From: a bacterium | GTDB lineage: Bacteria > Vulcanimicrobiota > Xenobia > Xenobiales > Xenobiaceae | Reading direction: 5' to 3' | NCBI GenBank assembly: GCA_030535355.1 | Contig: JAUNIO010000011.1 | Span: forward strand, 399-64,398 | DNA: 64,000 nt | Shown: piece by piece, positions 25,685 through 35,097 of the stretch | How positions within the stretch are numbered: position 1 is the stretch's first letter | Layout of the letters: every line of letters begins with the position of its first letter | The notes under the pieces: generated by a model | The model's input: the letters and a program-made list of their open reading frames with translations, nothing else | Told to the model about the DNA's origin: nothing | Database searches by the model: none | Made by a program: the position numbers and the translations under genes

Positions 25685-27048
25685 GATTGCCCATCCTGGC
25701 GCTTCAGACGCACTTTGAGCACCTGGCGCTTATTCATCTCCAGAACTACAAAGACGTAGTTTTCGCAATGCACAACCGTGCCCACGCGGGGAACAGCTTC
25801 CGCTAAGTGCATAACTAAACCGCCCACCGTATGCACTTCTTTAGCGTGCTCATCTTCCAGATTAAAGACCACGTCGTAATTCTCAGCCAAATTATCGACT
25901 GTGGTCGATCCTTTTACTATGTATTCTCCTGGTTTAATTTCCCGCACATCCTCGTCTTGCTGCTGATTTTGCGGATCAAATTCATCGTTAATTTCGCCCA
26001 AAACTTCTTCGAGAATGTCCTCAATAGTCAGAATGCCCTCGGTCCCCCCGTATTCATCTTCCAAAACCGCCATATACGCCCGTGAAGCGCGCAGTTTTTC
26101 CAAAACCGTATCTACTCCGAGCGAAGAAGGACAGTAAACCACATTGTGCATCATCATCTTCTTAAGGGCAGCCTGAGATTTTTTGGGATCGGTAAGTTTC
26201 TGCCCTTTAAGATCGGCCTGAAGCAGCTTTTTTAAGTGCAAAATGCCGATAATATTGTCCTCAGAGCCCTCGTAAACGGGGAAACGCGTATGTGTCGATT
26301 TAACGACCATGGCCAATATCTCATCGCGGGGCGTAGTCACGTCAATGCACTGCATATTGCTGCGCGGCACCATGATATCGCGGGCAGTGCGGGTGTTAAA
26401 GCGCAAAACATTTTCAATAAACTTCTGCTCAGTAGCGTCGATGTCATCACTGCGCTCAACCAAGCTCGACAGTTCTTCGGGCGAATGCGCATGGCGCTGA
26501 TTCTTCAGAGGCACTCCCAACAGGCGCAGCAGCAGTTCGCTGGAGCCGTTCAAGACGCTGATAAACACACCAAAAAACTTCAGTGACCATATCATTGGCA
26601 GTGTCAGGCCTAAAGCGACTTTTTCAGTGTAGCGAACCGCCACGGCTTTGGGCAGAAGTTCTCCGAGAACGAGCTGCAGCACGGTAAACAGCATGATGAT
26701 TAGCACGCTGAGAGCGCTATACCAAACCTTGATGGGAATTCCCAGAGGCATCTCCCCGCCGACTTCCAGCAGCAGAGGGCGCAGGTAAGGGGTTAGGCAG
26801 CGCTCACCGATGGCACCGAGGACCAGACTACATATAGTTATACCTATCTGACAGGTGGCCACATAGCGATCTAAAGAATTAGCATTTTCGATATAGGGCA
26901 AAAGCTTGCCGGCTAAAAAATTACCGCGCTCAGCCAAAGCCTCGATCTTGACCTTTTTGACAGATACGGTAGCAAATTCAGCAGCTACATACAATGCGCT
27001 TAAGAAAAGCAAAATAACAATGGCAGCGAAGATAACTATGAATGACAC
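25681..27048 (-). CDS. TlyC/CorC-type CNNM-CBS-CorC membrane protein, tandem paralog
   Basis: 'YVAAEFA', 'QIGIT', 'GELLPK', 'HTRFPVY', 'DEYGGTEGILTIEDILEEVLGEINDEFD'; 4-nt overlap with the next gene. Confidence 0.9.
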   Translation of the reverse strand: MSFIVIFAAIVILLFLSALYVAAEFATVSVKKVKIEALAERGNFLAGKLLPYIENANSLDRYVATCQIGITICSLVLGAIGERCLTPYLRPLLLEVGGEMPLGIPIKVWYSALSVLIIMLFTVLQLVLGELLPKAVAVRYTEKVALGLTLPMIWSLKFFGVFISVLNGSSELLLRLLGVPLKNQRHAHSPEELSSLVERSDDIDATEQKFIENVLRFNTRTARDIMVPRSNMQCIDVTTPRDEILAMVVKSTHTRFPVYEGSEDNIIGILHLKKLLQADLKGQKLTDPKKSQAALKKMMMHNVVYCPSSLGVDTVLEKLRASRAYMAVLEDEYGGTEGILTIEDILEEVLGEINDEFDPQNQQQDEDVREIKPGEYIVKGSTTVDNLAENYDVVFNLEDEHAKEVHTVGGLVMHLAEAVPRVGTVVHCENYVFVVLEMNKRQVLKVRLKRQDGQS

Positions 27049-27124
27049 TGTTAAAAGTTTCGAAACCTACAACATAAAACCTTTACTGCGTATATTTCCC
27101 GTTTATGCCGTAAATGTCATGCCA

Positions 27125-27169
27125 TAGCAGTCAACTATGCTTGTTGCTGCGTTTCGCGGCACGCCAAAT
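27125..27169 (-). repeat. Degenerate module D of the dispersed repeat
   Basis: Reverse complement TTGGCGTGCCGCGAAACGCAGCAACAAGCATAGTTGACTGCTA versus TTAACGTGTCGCAAAATGTAGCAACAAGCATATTTGACGGTTA. Confidence 0.6.
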
Positions 27170-27288
27170 AAACTGCTAAACTGCTTTAGTTAATGGCCTG
27201 GAGCAAACGGTATTTATGCGCAGGTGTAGATAAGCATATCGCGAACAAATAAGGTTATTATTCTGTATCATCTTCAAGGAGTTCTTTC

Positions 27289-27792
27289 ATGATCACCAAA
27301 GACCAAGTTGTGGCTATTCATTACACATTAACCGACAAAGACGGCAAGTTGCTGGACAAATCGGGTGAGAAGCCTCTGGAATACCTGCACGGTCACCAAA
27401 ATCTCATTCCCGGCATGGAGAAAGAACTCGAAGGTCACAAAGACGGCGACAAACTCGATGTTATTATCCCCGCCAAAGAAGCTTACGGCGAGTTTGACAA
27501 AGAAAAAGTTTTTAAGGTAGACCGTGCGATTATGGGCCCTGGCGAGCCTAAAGTTGGCATGATGGCCCGCCTCATGACTGACGAGGGCCCTATGATCGCC
27601 CGCATTGCTGAAGTTAGCGAAAAAGAGGTAACGTTCGACGCCAACCATGAGCTAGCCGGCCAGGATTTACACTTTGTTATTGAAGTTGTTTCCGTCCGTC
27701 CGGGCACAGCAGAAGAAATCGCCGCTGGCAGCTTAGATATGGGCTGTGGCGGAGGATGCAGCGGCTGCAGCGACTGCGCAGGCTACCACTAA
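27289..27792 (+). CDS. slyD: FKBP-type peptidyl-prolyl isomerase SlyD
   Basis: 'VAIHYTL', 'PLEYLHGHQNLIPGME', 'EAYGE', 'DANHELAGQDLHF'; short Cys-rich tail. Confidence 0.93.
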   Translation: MITKDQVVAIHYTLTDKDGKLLDKSGEKPLEYLHGHQNLIPGMEKELEGHKDGDKLDVIIPAKEAYGEFDKEKVFKVDRAIMGPGEPKVGMMARLMTDEGPMIARIAEVSEKEVTFDANHELAGQDLHFVIEVVSVRPGTAEEIAAGSLDMGCGGGCSGCSDCAGYH

Positions 27793-27807
27793 GCCTTGAG
27801 AACAGCC

Positions 27808-28218
27808 ATGAAAGACAAAACCAATGCAGCCGAGTCCCTCTTGCAGTCAGAGGGACCGGGAAAAGCTAGCCTTTCCCCTACTCCAGCCCACCAAGACTGC
27901 AGCCATAGCTCCTGTCCTCAGCAGACAGTGCAAGGCCATTCTCATCCTCTGCAGCTGCAGGGACGTGCCGAGATCGCTTTTCCCTGCGAATTCATCATCA
28001 AAGCTATAGGATTGCAGTCCGATGATTTGGCCGCTCACACCCACAGTTTAATCGTTAAGCACGCTCCCGACCTAAGAATTGAGCATTTACAATTGCGCAC
28101 CAGCAGCAAAGGCAAATATTTATCTGTGAGCGCCACAATTAATGCCGTCAGCCGGGAGCAGCTCGACAATATCTACCGCGAATTGAACAGCGATCCGCGG
28201 ATTCTCTATACTCTATAA
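27808..28218 (+). CDS. YbeD/DUF493 family protein
   Basis: 'FPCEFIIKAIG', 'RTSSKGKYLSVS', 'SREQLDNIYREL'; start uncertain. Confidence 0.8.
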   Translation: MKDKTNAAESLLQSEGPGKASLSPTPAHQDCSHSSCPQQTVQGHSHPLQLQGRAEIAFPCEFIIKAIGLQSDDLAAHTHSLIVKHAPDLRIEHLQLRTSSKGKYLSVSATINAVSREQLDNIYRELNSDPRILYTL

Positions 28219-28225
28219 CTTAACT

Positions 28226-28816
28226 ATGCTATTTCGCTATGCTCACGCAACAAAAGGTTCCGATAAGACTTTGGGTGAGCCTTCCGATCTTCCCAGCGTA
28301 ATTAGAGAAGATATGCTCATGTTAGCTCCTATAACCCCTTGGCAGCTTTTCGCCACCTGGCATATCTCCTACTCCACGCAAAACCGTTTGCGCGATTTTA
28401 TCGGTGAAGATGAATTTGACAACTGCCGCCTTATTCTGACGCTAAAGCTCCTCGACGAAGACTTTGAAGGTCTGCCCATAGATGTTTCGGGTCCATCGAC
28501 CACCGATTATATCAATTTAGAAAAACTCAGTTCTAGCCGTGTCAAACTGCAGGAGTTAAGCGCAGTGCATATCTACGGTGAGTTAAGCTATCATCGCGAA
28601 TCGACTTCATATTACGTCACGCGCTCGACTCTCATATCGCTGCCCAGAGCTTTTCTGTCCCAGCGTTGCGATCAAGATTTTCCCCCTGTACCCGCACTTT
28701 ATTCGCGCATATTTCGCAGGCTGTCTCCCCAGTCACCCCGCGATAGCGAGCCGCCCTCTCTGGTCAGACTAGGCGAGCAGCTCGATGCGCAGTTGGGTAT
28801 TTCTGCCCTTAAATAG
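28226..28816 (+). CDS. DUF4912-like hypothetical protein
   Basis: 'LMLAPITPWQLFATWHIS' resembles the DUF4912 start motif; sits directly upstream of a GH57 gene as DUF4912 genes often do. Confidence 0.55.
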   Translation: MLFRYAHATKGSDKTLGEPSDLPSVIREDMLMLAPITPWQLFATWHISYSTQNRLRDFIGEDEFDNCRLILTLKLLDEDFEGLPIDVSGPSTTDYINLEKLSSSRVKLQELSAVHIYGELSYHRESTSYYVTRSTLISLPRAFLSQRCDQDFPPVPALYSRIFRRLSPQSPRDSEPPSLVRLGEQLDAQLGISALK

Positions 28817-28825
28817 GAAGCTGAC

Positions 28826-30829
28826 ATGACGGTCACCGTTTCCCCCGGTTATTTGTGCTTTTTCATAAATGCCCATCTGCCATATATGGCACCGTTAACG
28901 GCTAACACCGTTTATCAAGATAACTGGCTGTGCAACACCCTTTTTAATAGTTATCTGCCTATTCTGGAGCTATTCGACCGCCTCGCTGAGGAAGGCATAC
29001 CGTATTGTGTAAACCTGAGCATCAGTCCCGTGGTCATGGAAATGATCGCCTCTCCGGCCATGGCTGAGCGCTTCTCCCAGTATCTGCAGATGCGCTGGGA
29101 CAACGCTCAGCAGGAGCTCGGAAAGATGGGACATTCCTCTCCGTTAAGGCCGTTAGCTCAGCATTTTGCCGATGAAATTCAGCATAGAATTGAACTCTTC
29201 CGCGAGCGCTATCAGGGACGCGTTCTCGCCACAATCAACAGGTTGGTTCACTGCGGCCATCTAGAGCTTTTAGCAGCCAGCGCTACAGGGGCATACCTGC
29301 CTTTATTGGGCTCATCACCGTCATTAGCCTGGGGGCAGATCAAAGTCGGCTGTCAGAGCTATACTAAATATTTCAGTTCGCCTCCGCGAGGTTTTTGGTC
29401 ATTTGATGGCGGTTATACGCCAGAGATAAGCGAGTTGCTATACAGCGCCGGCATACGCTACACTTTAGCACCAGCACTCTGCGTGTTAGGCGGGGTGCCG
29501 CGTCCTCAGGCAGCTACATTTCGTCCCATTGTAGCCCCAGATGGTCTAATAGTATTTGGCGAAGATATTGAGACCAAGCTGGACATTTTGCACAGCCGCA
29601 CCGGTTTTATCAATAACCCAGAGTACCTGCGAACCGAGACACCTGCTCCAATCCCAGATGCTGCGTCAAAATCAGCCAAACCGCCCGTCCAGTCCCATAT
29701 ATACAGCCAGTCCTACTATAGCCGGGCGCGTTCTGGAGAACATCAGCAAATCTATAATTTCCAGCAGGCTATGGCGTCAGCTAAACTGCAGGCCCAGACC
29801 TTTATCGAAAATCGCTGCCGGCAGACTCAGTGGGTAGCCCAAAAGCTGGGAACTCCCGCAGTCATAACTTTGGCTCTGCCTGCGGAGATGTTTGGGCAAA
29901 GCTGGTATGAAGGAATAATCTGGCTGGAAGAAGTTTTGCGCTTATTAGCTCAGCCAGATATACCTTTGCAAAGCAGCCACTTTAGTTCGCTGTGCCATCT
30001 GGAGCCGCTTCAGCAGTGCACTCCCAATTCCGGTTCTGCCAATGCTGGCTCTTTCAGCGCCAACTGGCTGAACGAACGTTCTTCGTGGATATATAAACAC
30101 AATTATTTGGCTGGTCAGCGCCTTTTAAAAATGGCCAAAATAGGCCACCAGCGCGATGATTTTAAACGCCGTCTTATCAACCAGGCCGCGCGCGAACTGA
30201 TGCTAGCCCAAAGCTCCGACTGGCCTACCCTCCTGTCCAACGATCTAGACAGCAAAGCTGCCCGCAAAGAAGTTAGGAGACATCTAGCCGCCTTCCACAA
30301 GCTCTTTGACGATTTTCGCGAGGGAAGGGCAGACGAAGCCGGACTGCGAAAATTGGAAGAGCGCTGCCCAATTTTTCCCGATCTCAGTTATGAAGAATGT
30401 TACCTAGAACTAGAAAGGTCTCAGAAATCTATGCCTACCAATCAGCCCGAATTAAACAGTTCTGCCGCTGCCATAGATAAAGATGAAATTATTGCCGGAA
30501 TTCTGCAAATCCAAAAAGTTACCCGCGAATTAGCCGTACTCTGCCAGCAGGCCTTAGCCACAGACAAAGATGTTTCCCTGGATATTTCCGCCAAGGCCTG
30601 CGAATCTGTAGCCATAGTCGAAGATTTAGCCAGGCGCGCCCGCGATCCTCACGCCCTGCAGCGCTATCTAGATACCACCACAAAATTAGAAAACATTATT
30701 AAAATAATAGCCGACACCAACGACACTCAGGAACTTCTAGACCTGCATAGAGAAGCCATCGAAGCTGTTGACGCTTGGGCGGATACGGTCGAATCGCTGT
30801 TAAAGAGCATTATTGCCCAAGCCAAATAG
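28826..30829 (+). CDS. GH57 family (branching-enzyme-like, DUF1957) protein with degenerate catalytic motifs and C-terminal helical extension
   Basis: 'NAHLPY', 'SYLPIL', 'SISP', 'PRGFW', 'AEMFGQSWYEG', 'QAARELMLAQSSDW'. Confidence 0.8.
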   Translation: MTVTVSPGYLCFFINAHLPYMAPLTANTVYQDNWLCNTLFNSYLPILELFDRLAEEGIPYCVNLSISPVVMEMIASPAMAERFSQYLQMRWDNAQQELGKMGHSSPLRPLAQHFADEIQHRIELFRERYQGRVLATINRLVHCGHLELLAASATGAYLPLLGSSPSLAWGQIKVGCQSYTKYFSSPPRGFWSFDGGYTPEISELLYSAGIRYTLAPALCVLGGVPRPQAATFRPIVAPDGLIVFGEDIETKLDILHSRTGFINNPEYLRTETPAPIPDAASKSAKPPVQSHIYSQSYYSRARSGEHQQIYNFQQAMASAKLQAQTFIENRCRQTQWVAQKLGTPAVITLALPAEMFGQSWYEGIIWLEEVLRLLAQPDIPLQSSHFSSLCHLEPLQQCTPNSGSANAGSFSANWLNERSSWIYKHNYLAGQRLLKMAKIGHQRDDFKRRLINQAARELMLAQSSDWPTLLSNDLDSKAARKEVRRHLAAFHKLFDDFREGRADEAGLRKLEERCPIFPDLSYEECYLELERSQKSMPTNQPELNSSAAAIDKDEIIAGILQIQKVTRELAVLCQQALATDKDVSLDISAKACESVAIVEDLARRARDPHALQRYLDTTTKLENIIKIIADTNDTQELLDLHREAIEAVDAWADTVESLLKSIIAQAK

Positions 30830-30832
30830 ATT

Positions 30833-32347
30833 ATGAAGAGTTTTTTTGCCAAACTAATCAAATGGTTGATATTTCTAGCGATTTGCGCTGGGCTAATCTT
30901 CCTAGTCCACCGTTTTTACACCAATCGCCAGCTCATATTTAATTATGTTGGCGAACAGAACCATTTTTTTACGCATAAAGATAAGCGCAGCAACATAAAA
31001 ATAGGCTTATGCGACCGCAATGCCGCTCTCTCTATTTATGCGCCTATAAGCCTGCACAGCCAGGCTCAGGGACTAGGCCTACAAGCCGTTCGCTTTGCTA
31101 GCAATGAATCGCTGTGGGCAGCGTTAGAGCACGGCCAAATTGACTTCGCCTTAGTGAGTCTAGACCAGTTCGCGAAACGCGCCCCGCTTTCTTCTCTGCT
31201 CATAGCGTTTCCTTACGCTATCAGCCAAGGCAACGAGGGCATCGTCTGCTCATCGGCCTGGAACAAAGCGCAAAATGGGCAAAACCGCCACATCGCCTGT
31301 ATTACCAACTCCACAGGAGAATACCTAGCCCAAGTTTTAGCCGATGCCAGCATGGACAGCGCTAATCCCCTACAGCTCGCTGGAGCCTGCAAAGAAAAAG
31401 AAGCAGTTGAACTGCTGCGCAGCGGCCAAGCCGAGGCCCTAGTCATATCCGAACCCACCTTGACATCGCTGCAAGCCAGCGGTTACACAGCCCTAGCCGA
31501 CTGGGAATCACCCAGTATAATTGAAGTTTGCGTACTGAAAACACCCCAGTCCGAATCCCAAAAGCAAAAACTGCAGCAAGTTATATCTCAGCTGGCTAAA
31601 ATTTGGTTTAACCGCCTGGAAGATTTAAATACCATGCCCGGGCCGACTTACTCCTCCATAGCCAAAGCCAGCGGCCTTAAACGTGCAGATGTCCGCGATG
31701 CCTTGCGTTCCGGCCTGCATTTTTTATCTGCCTCCGAAGCGCAGGAACTTTTGCGAAGCGGTCATTTAGCCAACGAAACCTTAAGGCTCGCTGAGTATTG
31801 GATGATGAGCGGTATATACTCCACAACATCTGTCAGCATACTGCCAGACCCCGACAAACTAATATTTCCCAGTCCGGAATTAATGCGCCTGCGCACTGGC
31901 TCGCTGGCCCGCCCGCGCCCAACGCGATCCGAACCTTCTTATCCCCCACCCTCAGATACCAGAGATAAAGTAACGCTTCCCAGCGAGACAGACGAAGAAA
32001 CTGCCAGCGAAGATCACGCTTCTCCGCATTTCAGGGCAGATTCGAGCGATAGCGAACCACAGTCTGAGCTTAAGTCGCACGAAGCTCCTCCCCCGCCCTC
32101 GCCTATCCCCCCGTCCAAAGAGCTTTCTCCCTTTACAGTGCCTAAAGATACGGATAACGATGCCCAGGCCCAGCCTTCCGAACCCAATGCTGATGCCCAG
32201 GCCCAGCCTACCGAACCCAACGCCGAAGCTCAGCCAGACGAACCTGGATTCGACTCGCAAGGTTCCCATGCCCAACCGAGACGCGCCCCTAGAATGAAAC
32301 AGAAGCCGTCTGAGCATCCTTTGAAGAAAAGAATATACCCGCAATAG
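30833..32347 (+). CDS. Membrane-anchored NMT1/THI5-like substrate-binding-fold protein with disordered Pro/Ser/Glu tail
   Basis: N-terminal TM helix; 'ALEHGQIDFALVSLD', 'SQGNEGIV', 'LRSGQAEALVISEP'. Confidence 0.55.
   Translation: MKSFFAKLIKWLIFLAICAGLIFLVHRFYTNRQLIFNYVGEQNHFFTHKDKRSNIKIGLCDRNAALSIYAPISLHSQAQGLGLQAVRFASNESLWAALEHGQIDFALVSLDQFAKRAPLSSLLIAFPYAISQGNEGIVCSSAWNKAQNGQNRHIACITNSTGEYLAQVLADASMDSANPLQLAGACKEKEAVELLRSGQAEALVISEPTLTSLQASGYTALADWESPSIIEVCVLKTPQSESQKQKLQQVISQLAKIWFNRLEDLNTMPGPTYSSIAKASGLKRADVRDALRSGLHFLSASEAQELLRSGHLANETLRLAEYWMMSGIYSTTSVSILPDPDKLIFPSPELMRLRTGSLARPRPTRSEPSYPPPSDTRDKVTLPSETDEETASEDHASPHFRADSSDSEPQSELKSHEAPPPPSPIPPSKELSPFTVPKDTDNDAQAQPSEPNADAQAQPTEPNAEAQPDEPGFDSQGSHAQPRRAPRMKQKPSEHPLKKRIYPQ
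32159..32244 (+). repeat. Intragenic ~33-bp tandem repeat (DAQAQP[S/T]EPNA, about 2.5 copies)
   Basis: GATGCCCAGGCCCAGCCT[T/A]CCGAACCCAA[T/C]GC occurs twice, plus a partial third copy. Confidence 0.8.
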
Positions 32348-32438
32348 TAAGCGCCCAACATAGTTTTGGCGCTTACACTCAACAGCTGGTATGCTTTAAC
32401 ATAGGCACATTATGACTCCCCCTAAAGGTATGTCGTTT

Positions 32439-32547
32439 AGTTAGCGATCAGCTAACTTGCGAAACTATCTAACTCACCCTAAAATTAGCTTTACCGTAAA
32501 CATTAACGTGTCTCAAAAGCGTAGCAACCAGCATATTTGACGGTTAC
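32439..32547 (+). repeat. Dispersed repeat copy with modules A and D joined (B and C absent)
   Basis: AGTTAGCGATCAGCTAACTTGCGAAACTATCTAACT followed by TTAGCTTTACCGTAAACATTAACGTGTCTCAAAAGCGTAGCAACCAGCATATTTGACGGTTAC. Confidence 0.78.
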
Positions 32548-32575
32548 CCGCAATAATAGAGAGAGAACCTGCAAC

Positions 32576-33331
32576 ATGGGAACTTTAGTAAACACCATAG
32601 CAGTTATAGTTGGCTCGCTCATAGGTATGGGGTTAGGGCGCTTTATTCCTCAGCGCCTTAACGGTGCGCTTATGCAGGGATTGGGGCTATGCACAGCATT
32701 TCTGGGCATCATGGGCTTCAGCAGCAAGACCCACCCTCTGGTGCTAATCTTTGCCATGGTCATGGGGATTATTGTCGGCGAATTAGCCGATCTGGATGCC
32801 CTGCTGATACGTTTCAGCGATTATATAAAGCTTAAACTCAGCCACACCTCCGCTGCTGGCGGCACAGCCTCCACTTCCTCCAACCCAGACCTCCCGCCAA
32901 CAGAATCCAATAATTCTAACTTCAGTGAAGGCTTTATAGCTGCAACTCTCTTGTGGTGTTCGGGGGCTATGGTCGTTGTCGGATGCATTCAGGACGGTAT
33001 GCAGGGCGATCCCAGTACGCTGTACGCCAAATCCGCTCTCGACCTGGTTTCTTCTATAATGTTTGCCTCTAGCCTAGGAGTAGGGGTCCTTGCGGCTTCA
33101 GCCTCAGTACTGATCATTCAGGGCAGCCTGACCTTAGCAGCCGGCTGGCTGGCCCCCTTTCTTACAGATGCCGTAATAACCGATATAAGCACGGTAGGAT
33201 CGCTGCTATTGGTGGCCTTAAGCCTCAACATTCTGGGACTGACCAAAATAAAAGTAATGAATTTTACGCCAGCCTGTCTAATGCCCATTTTTATCCACGC
33301 CAGCGGTTTAGCCGCTTTAATTAGCCGATAG
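32576..33331 (+). CDS. DUF554 (YdfK-like) membrane protein
   Basis: Start reassigned to 'MGTLVNTIAVIVGSLIG'; 'FSEGFIAATLLWCSGAM', 'LYAKSALD', 'KIKVMNFTP'. Confidence 0.9.
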   Translation: MGTLVNTIAVIVGSLIGMGLGRFIPQRLNGALMQGLGLCTAFLGIMGFSSKTHPLVLIFAMVMGIIVGELADLDALLIRFSDYIKLKLSHTSAAGGTASTSSNPDLPPTESNNSNFSEGFIAATLLWCSGAMVVVGCIQDGMQGDPSTLYAKSALDLVSSIMFASSLGVGVLAASASVLIIQGSLTLAAGWLAPFLTDAVITDISTVGSLLLVALSLNILGLTKIKVMNFTPACLMPIFIHASGLAALISR

Positions 33332-33350
33332 AACTAATATTATTTAGTCT

Positions 33351-33494
33351 GCAATTAGCCAACTTGCGAACTTTCTAGCTCCCGCTTTTTGTTGCCCTGG
33401 CACGGCGGCAGCTCTGCTGAGCATAGCCTTTGAGCGCAGCGAAGCCGCGCAGCGGGCAGAAGCTGACGCCAGAAAGCCAGGCTCTGCGGCTAAA
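33351..33494 (+). repeat. Dispersed repeat copy (modules A and B)
   Basis: GCGGCAGCTCTGCTGAGCATAGCCTTTGAGCGCAGCGAAGCCGCGCAGCGGGCAGAAGCTGACGCCAGAAAGCCAG matches 12933-13008. Confidence 0.8.
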
Positions 33495-33623
33495 CATCCT
33501 TAGCCGGTTAAGCAATGTTAAGTTGACAAGAAGAGAAGCCGCGGCTACGGCTAAGGAAGCGCTAAAAAAAAGCGCCAGAGCCCAAAGAAAGGCTCGACGC
33601 TCAACGATAGGTCTAATTAAAGC

Positions 33624-34955
33624 TTAGAAAACGCCAGCCGTCATAATAAACAGAGGCATATCCTGAATGCGCTCATAATTGGGGCGCAGACGCTCTTTAA
33701 CATAGAAAGTATCTACATCGACATTCTTCGCCTTCTGTCCAGCCACCAGAACGTCTAAGCTCATGTAATCGTAGTGACCGTCTTTCAAAACCACCAACTG
33801 ACCGAACTTCTTGTTGAGGATCAGTTCCATAGCCAGGTTGCCATAGGCCATAGGCACGATAGAGTCGATAGCATCTGGATCACCGCAACGCGTAGTATAG
33901 CCCAGCTTCTGCTCGATGAAGTTGACCTTTTTGCCATTGTTCATAGAGGGGATCATAGCTTTCATCTGGCGCACTACTTCAGCACCGATACCGCCTAAGC
34001 GCCTGTGACCGAAGGCATCAGCCTCACCGCTCTCAATTATATCGCCACCCTTGATAGTGGCACCTTCTGAGATGAGAATACTAGCATAATTGCTGGGATT
34101 CTTTTTGCGGTCTTCCAGAGCCAAACGGCAGATATGCTCGATCTCAAAGGGATATTCGGGGATCAGGCAACGGCTGGCCGCGCCGGCCATGGTAGGCAGC
34201 ATAGCGGTAAAGCCAGCGTTGCGCCCTAAAACTTCCATGACCAGGATGCGCTCGTGCGAACCCGTGGCTGTGCGCAGTTCATTGGCCAAGCGGATAGTGC
34301 GGGAAACACAGGTCGAGAAACCGATGCAATAATCGGTACCGGGCACGTCATTATCCATAGTCTTGGGGATAGCCACCACGTTGACATTTTCGGTATAAAG
34401 ACGGTGGCCATAGCTGAGCGTATCATCTCCACCGATGGGGATCAGGGTGTCAATGCCCAAAGCGTCGAGGTTTTTAATCACGTGACTTGTTAAATCAACG
34501 GTTACAGCCTCTTTGGCCTCAGCAGCTTTAATGCGCTCGGCATCACCAGATTTTCTGGCCTCTTTGAGTTCTTCACGGCGAGCATATTCAGACTTAATTT
34601 CTTCGCTGTAAGTATCGCGCAAGTGGTAAGGAATTTCATCAACGCCCATCTTACTGGGCTTGGTGCGCGAAGTATGCAAGAAAGTTCCGCCTTCGCGGGC
34701 CATACGGGAAACAATTTCCTCATCGAGTTCAATAAAATAATTCTTGCGGTCAGCCACTACATCGGGATCGGTGCTGCTCAGCAAAGCGCGGTCCAATTCA
34801 GTAATGCCAGCCCAGCCACGGCGCAAGCCGATCACTCTGTAACCGTTGCGAATAGCGCGCATAGTGACGCCGCGAATAGCGGGGTTGAGTCCAGGAACGT
34901 CGCCGCCACCAGTGAGAATACCGATAGTGCCTTTATACTTCTTATAATTGGCCAT
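33624..34955 (-). CDS. PfkA-superfamily phosphofructokinase, probably PPi-dependent
   Basis: 'GILTGGGDVPGLN', 'GGTFLHTSR', 'IGGDDTL', 'PKTMDND', 'EVLGRNAG'. Confidence 0.92.
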   Translation of the reverse strand: MANYKKYKGTIGILTGGGDVPGLNPAIRGVTMRAIRNGYRVIGLRRGWAGITELDRALLSSTDPDVVADRKNYFIELDEEIVSRMAREGGTFLHTSRTKPSKMGVDEIPYHLRDTYSEEIKSEYARREELKEARKSGDAERIKAAEAKEAVTVDLTSHVIKNLDALGIDTLIPIGGDDTLSYGHRLYTENVNVVAIPKTMDNDVPGTDYCIGFSTCVSRTIRLANELRTATGSHERILVMEVLGRNAGFTAMLPTMAGAASRCLIPEYPFEIEHICRLALEDRKKNPSNYASILISEGATIKGGDIIESGEADAFGHRRLGGIGAEVVRQMKAMIPSMNNGKKVNFIEQKLGYTTRCGDPDAIDSIVPMAYGNLAMELILNKKFGQLVVLKDGHYDYMSLDVLVAGQKAKNVDVDTFYVKERLRPNYERIQDMPLFIMTAGVF

Positions 34956-35026
34956 AAATGAATAGGCCCTCCCATAAAAATTGCCACTAAATATTTAATA
35001 ATGGGCAAAAGCTTCCTGCTAAAACA

Positions 35027-35062
35027 TTAAAAAGAGCCCGCACGAGGCGGACTCTTTTTAAT
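35027..35062 (-). terminator. Terminator of the SLH/outer-membrane protein gene
   Basis: TTAAAAAGAGCCCGC-ACGAG-GCGGACTCTTTTTAA. Confidence 0.8.
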
Positions 35063-35097
35063 CACTTAGGTGATTATTAGGTTCCTAACAGTTCAGA

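Noticed and set aside
24350-27048. Tandem 'hemolysin' genes as virulence factors
   Set aside because: CNNM-CBS-CorC proteins are common Mg/Co transport-related proteins, and tandem pairs are ordinary.
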